The notes beneath the pieces were generated by a model that was not told the DNA's origin, made no database searches, and saw only the letters and a list, made by a program, of their open reading frames with translations. A stretch of 64,000 bases of DNA from Azolla caroliniana (lineage: Eukaryota > Plantae > Polypodiophyta): NCBI GenBank assembly GCA_043228905.1, contig JBHGNT010000008.1, forward strand, positions 12,958,001-13,022,000, in the 5' to 3' direction. Within the stretch, counting starts at the first letter, position 1. Each line of letters opens with the position of its first letter. This document shows positions 61,271 through 64,000 of the stretch, in pieces. The position numbers and the translations under genes were made by a program.

Positions 61271-61729
61271 TGTTGAGAGACAAGCTCAACATCGGCCAGA
61301 TCGGCTGAAGAAGCCGAGGACCGAATCGGTTGGGACCGATCGGTTAGGCCGAATGCGTAAACTGGTACGCAGACTGGTGCGTAGGTAGGGCCGGATCGGT
61401 GCGCCGGGAGGCCGTTAGGAAAGATATTCCGTGAGGAATATATTTGGGAGTTAGTGTAGGAGCTCTTAATGAGCATTGAAGTATTGTCAGTACTTCGGTC
61501 AGTCCTTCTAGGACTTGTATAAAAGTGTTCATTGAACACACATATGTATAGAGAATGGTGAATAGAGTTTTTTGAATATAGTTCTTGTATTTTCTCTCTA
61601 TCACTCTATCACTCTCTCTTTCTCTCTGTCTCTCCCGCGTATACTGCGTAAGCTCAAGCTCTCCATTAAACCTGAGTTTTCTTCCTTCTGTTCGGTCTTC
61701 ATACTTGCTTCCGCACGTTACTCTTTACA
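61271..61729 (+). mobile_element. Solo LTR related to copia family B
   Basis: TGTTGAG...TTTACA; perfect TSD CATAG; shares GAGCATTGAAGTA..GGACTTGTATAAAA with the B LTRs. Confidence 0.9.
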
Positions 61730-61758
61730 CATAGGAAATCATAAGCCTCCCCCACCAC

Positions 61759-62212
61759 TGTGCGGAAATAACGCTCGGCCACAACCGAGTCTTCAACAAG
61801 GAATAGAAGAGAACAAACTAAAAACAGAGATGACACAGAAGGTTAACCTGGAAAACCCTAAATGGGAAAAACCACGGGAGCCCACTGACTCCAACTATCA
61901 CTATGAGAGGGGGAATACAATGTGAGACTTAGACGCAACGACCTCGAGCTCTATGTCTTCGCCAAACCGGCGGTCACAACAGAAAACTAGTTCTATATCT
62001 CTCTCACTCTCTCTCTCTCTCTCTCTCTTTATACAACAATATACAACATCTAACCATAATCACATGAAGTGATTGCCCTAAGTCATATTTATACTTATAT
62101 GACTTTTGGGGTATTTACACATATAACCTCACTAGGCTAATCATGAAACATATTTACACATATGTCCTTTGATCCGGTTTGCAACGGATCCATCCGGATT
62201 CAGTTGATCCGA
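61759..62212 (-). mobile_element. LTR related to copia family A, interrupted at 62213
   Basis: Start matches 55545-55680 and resembles the reverse complement of 4270-4420. Confidence 0.8.
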
Positions 62213-64000
62213 TGTCGCGGAGAAAACCGTCCCTAGGAGGAAACGGTGGATAGTATGCATAAACCGGCCCTTGCACACGAGCACATGTTTTGATGTATGC
62301 ACATAGTTAAGAATAGGCAGGTGATATAATTACCCTAGGTAGCACGAATGCATTTAGGTAGGGAATCGAGGAGGATCTCTGTCTGCTAGGACCGAGAATA
62401 AAAGTGATATAACAGTCTGTAACGTCTCTCTCCTTGTGCTATAAAAGGAGAGAAAAAGGGTTGACTGGGGGATCGCGCGTTTATGTGAGGACAAAGTGCT
62501 ATCGGACTGGGAATCGAGCTCTCTCCTCCACCATCGTTGTTATTTCTGTAGGGATTTTGGGTCAGGTTGGTTGCCTCTGCTGCGTGAAAACCCGCGTGCT
62601 TTCGGTAGAGGCTCCACCACGTACTTCAGCGCACGTGTTCGTCTGTGTTGAGTTTGTCACCGGCTTGCCGGTTGTAACATTGCGAGCTCTGTAATTTATA
62701 CTGTTATTGGAATTGATTCTTTCGTTTCTGTCTCTCTGTGTTTCTGTGAACCTCTCTTCCTCTTCTCTCTCACACTCCTTAGTTCAGGGCCCCCGCGGTC
62801 CCACCTTATTCCCTACGCGTGAGCATAACAACATGACATCAATTTGGTGAACCCGACATGAAAGAAGGCGGTAGAGGAATCGAAAATGAGGGGATCAGAG
62901 CTCGCTGAAGCTATGGCGGCAACAGTCGATCAGATAGTAAGTGCTTGCAAGGGCACGGGCGCCCTCGACAGGGCCATTGAAGCAATCGTCGGCACAATAG
63001 GCGGGTTCGATGGGAAGGACACCACGAGTTATTTGGTGGCCTACTGGGCCGAAATGGTAATGAGGGACATCCTGGAGGAGAGGCATCTGGTTGGGTTCCT
63101 TTGGCTAGCGACACCGGGCATCCACGCAGAGGTGCTCGGGGTGCAGGCTGGATGCCGTACCTGGGGGGAATTCGAAGCGCGGCTCCTCAAGCGGTACGGG
63201 TTTGATGACATGCTTCGGTTATCGAAGCGGGACTTTATGGATTGGGTAGAGACCCCAGGAAAGGGGAGGAATGTGTTGGTGATCCTCCGGAAGTTCGAGG
63301 AATGCTTCGCACGTCTTTCAGCACTGGATAGGACCGTACTGGACATGAGTCGTGTTCTTTTATTCGTCAAAGCTATGGACGTGAGGGATCGGGAGCAAGT
63401 GGGACTCCTTCTGGAGATGGACGATGGGCTGACGGCCGACTGGGCCATGGTAAAGGGGTTCTATGGCCATTTCGACAAACGGAGTGGGTGGGTCGACAAG
63501 AGCTCGTCGGGGGTAGGAGCGGTTGCGGCAAGAAACCTCGAGGGACCCCTGCCGGCAAGTAAGGAAGAAACCCGAGGCCAGCTTGAGATAGGTTCATCCG
63601 GCGTGGTGAAGGGCCTGTCCGGCGGAGCGGCTCTGGAAGAATTGACGCAGATTGTGCGAGACCTCCAGATCGCAGAGGCAAGGAGGGACGACGGTGAGCA
63701 GCCTCGCGATCGAAGGCCTTCGGGTGGACATCGGTGCTTGTGGTGTGACGTTGTCAATCACGCCCGGAAGGACTGCGTGGACTTCGCAGAAGCAATAACG
63801 GCTAATGTGGTGTACCAATGCAATGAGAGGGTGCACGCTAGCGAGACCCGGAGAGCCCTGGAGCTGAATATCGGTCAGGGAGGAATGAAGAGACTGATGG
63901 AAGAAGCGGCGGCGCGCCACGCGGAACAAGGAGGATCTCTGTCTGCTAGGACTGAGAATAAAAGTGATGTAACAATCTGTAACGTCTCTCTCTCCTTGTG
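62213..64000 (+). mobile_element. Internally deleted Ty3/gypsy: LTR 62213-62838, tRNA-Trp PBS, gag, then LTR sequence again
   Basis: PBS TGGTGAACCCGACATGAA at 62845-62862; gag-like frame (GRFDGKD, CLWCD...H...DC); 63930-64000 repeats 62370-62437. Confidence 0.82.

Overview
Eukaryotic, plant-like genomic DNA, probably a non-seed plant (inferred from the TE clades only). Positions 1-40.2 kb are one deeply nested stack of LTR retrotransposons (Ty1/copia, Ty3/gypsy chromoviruses, an Athila/Tat-like non-chromovirus, a non-autonomous element and solo LTRs), most resolvable by TG..CA termini and TSDs. A single intact host gene, a 9-exon NOL9/Grc3-type polynucleotide 5'-OH kinase, lies at 44177-49334, flanked by LINE and LTR debris. 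Main unusual signals: (1) two elements with unrelated LTR interiors (15782-34942 and 21594-25029) lack a polypurine tract and carry a tRNA-Arg 3'-half mimic ending in CCA at that position, i.e. a second, inverted PBS; (2) several different LTR families carry Pol III A-box/B-box pairs at tRNA spacing; (3) Tf1-style self-priming and a -1 frameshift cassette in the chromoviruses; (4) a ~920-codon extra 3' ORF; (5) a copia RNase H reading through a PPT-like motif into an extra C-terminal region. All calls are by eye; tRNA identities rely on recalled plant tRNA sequences and need verification.
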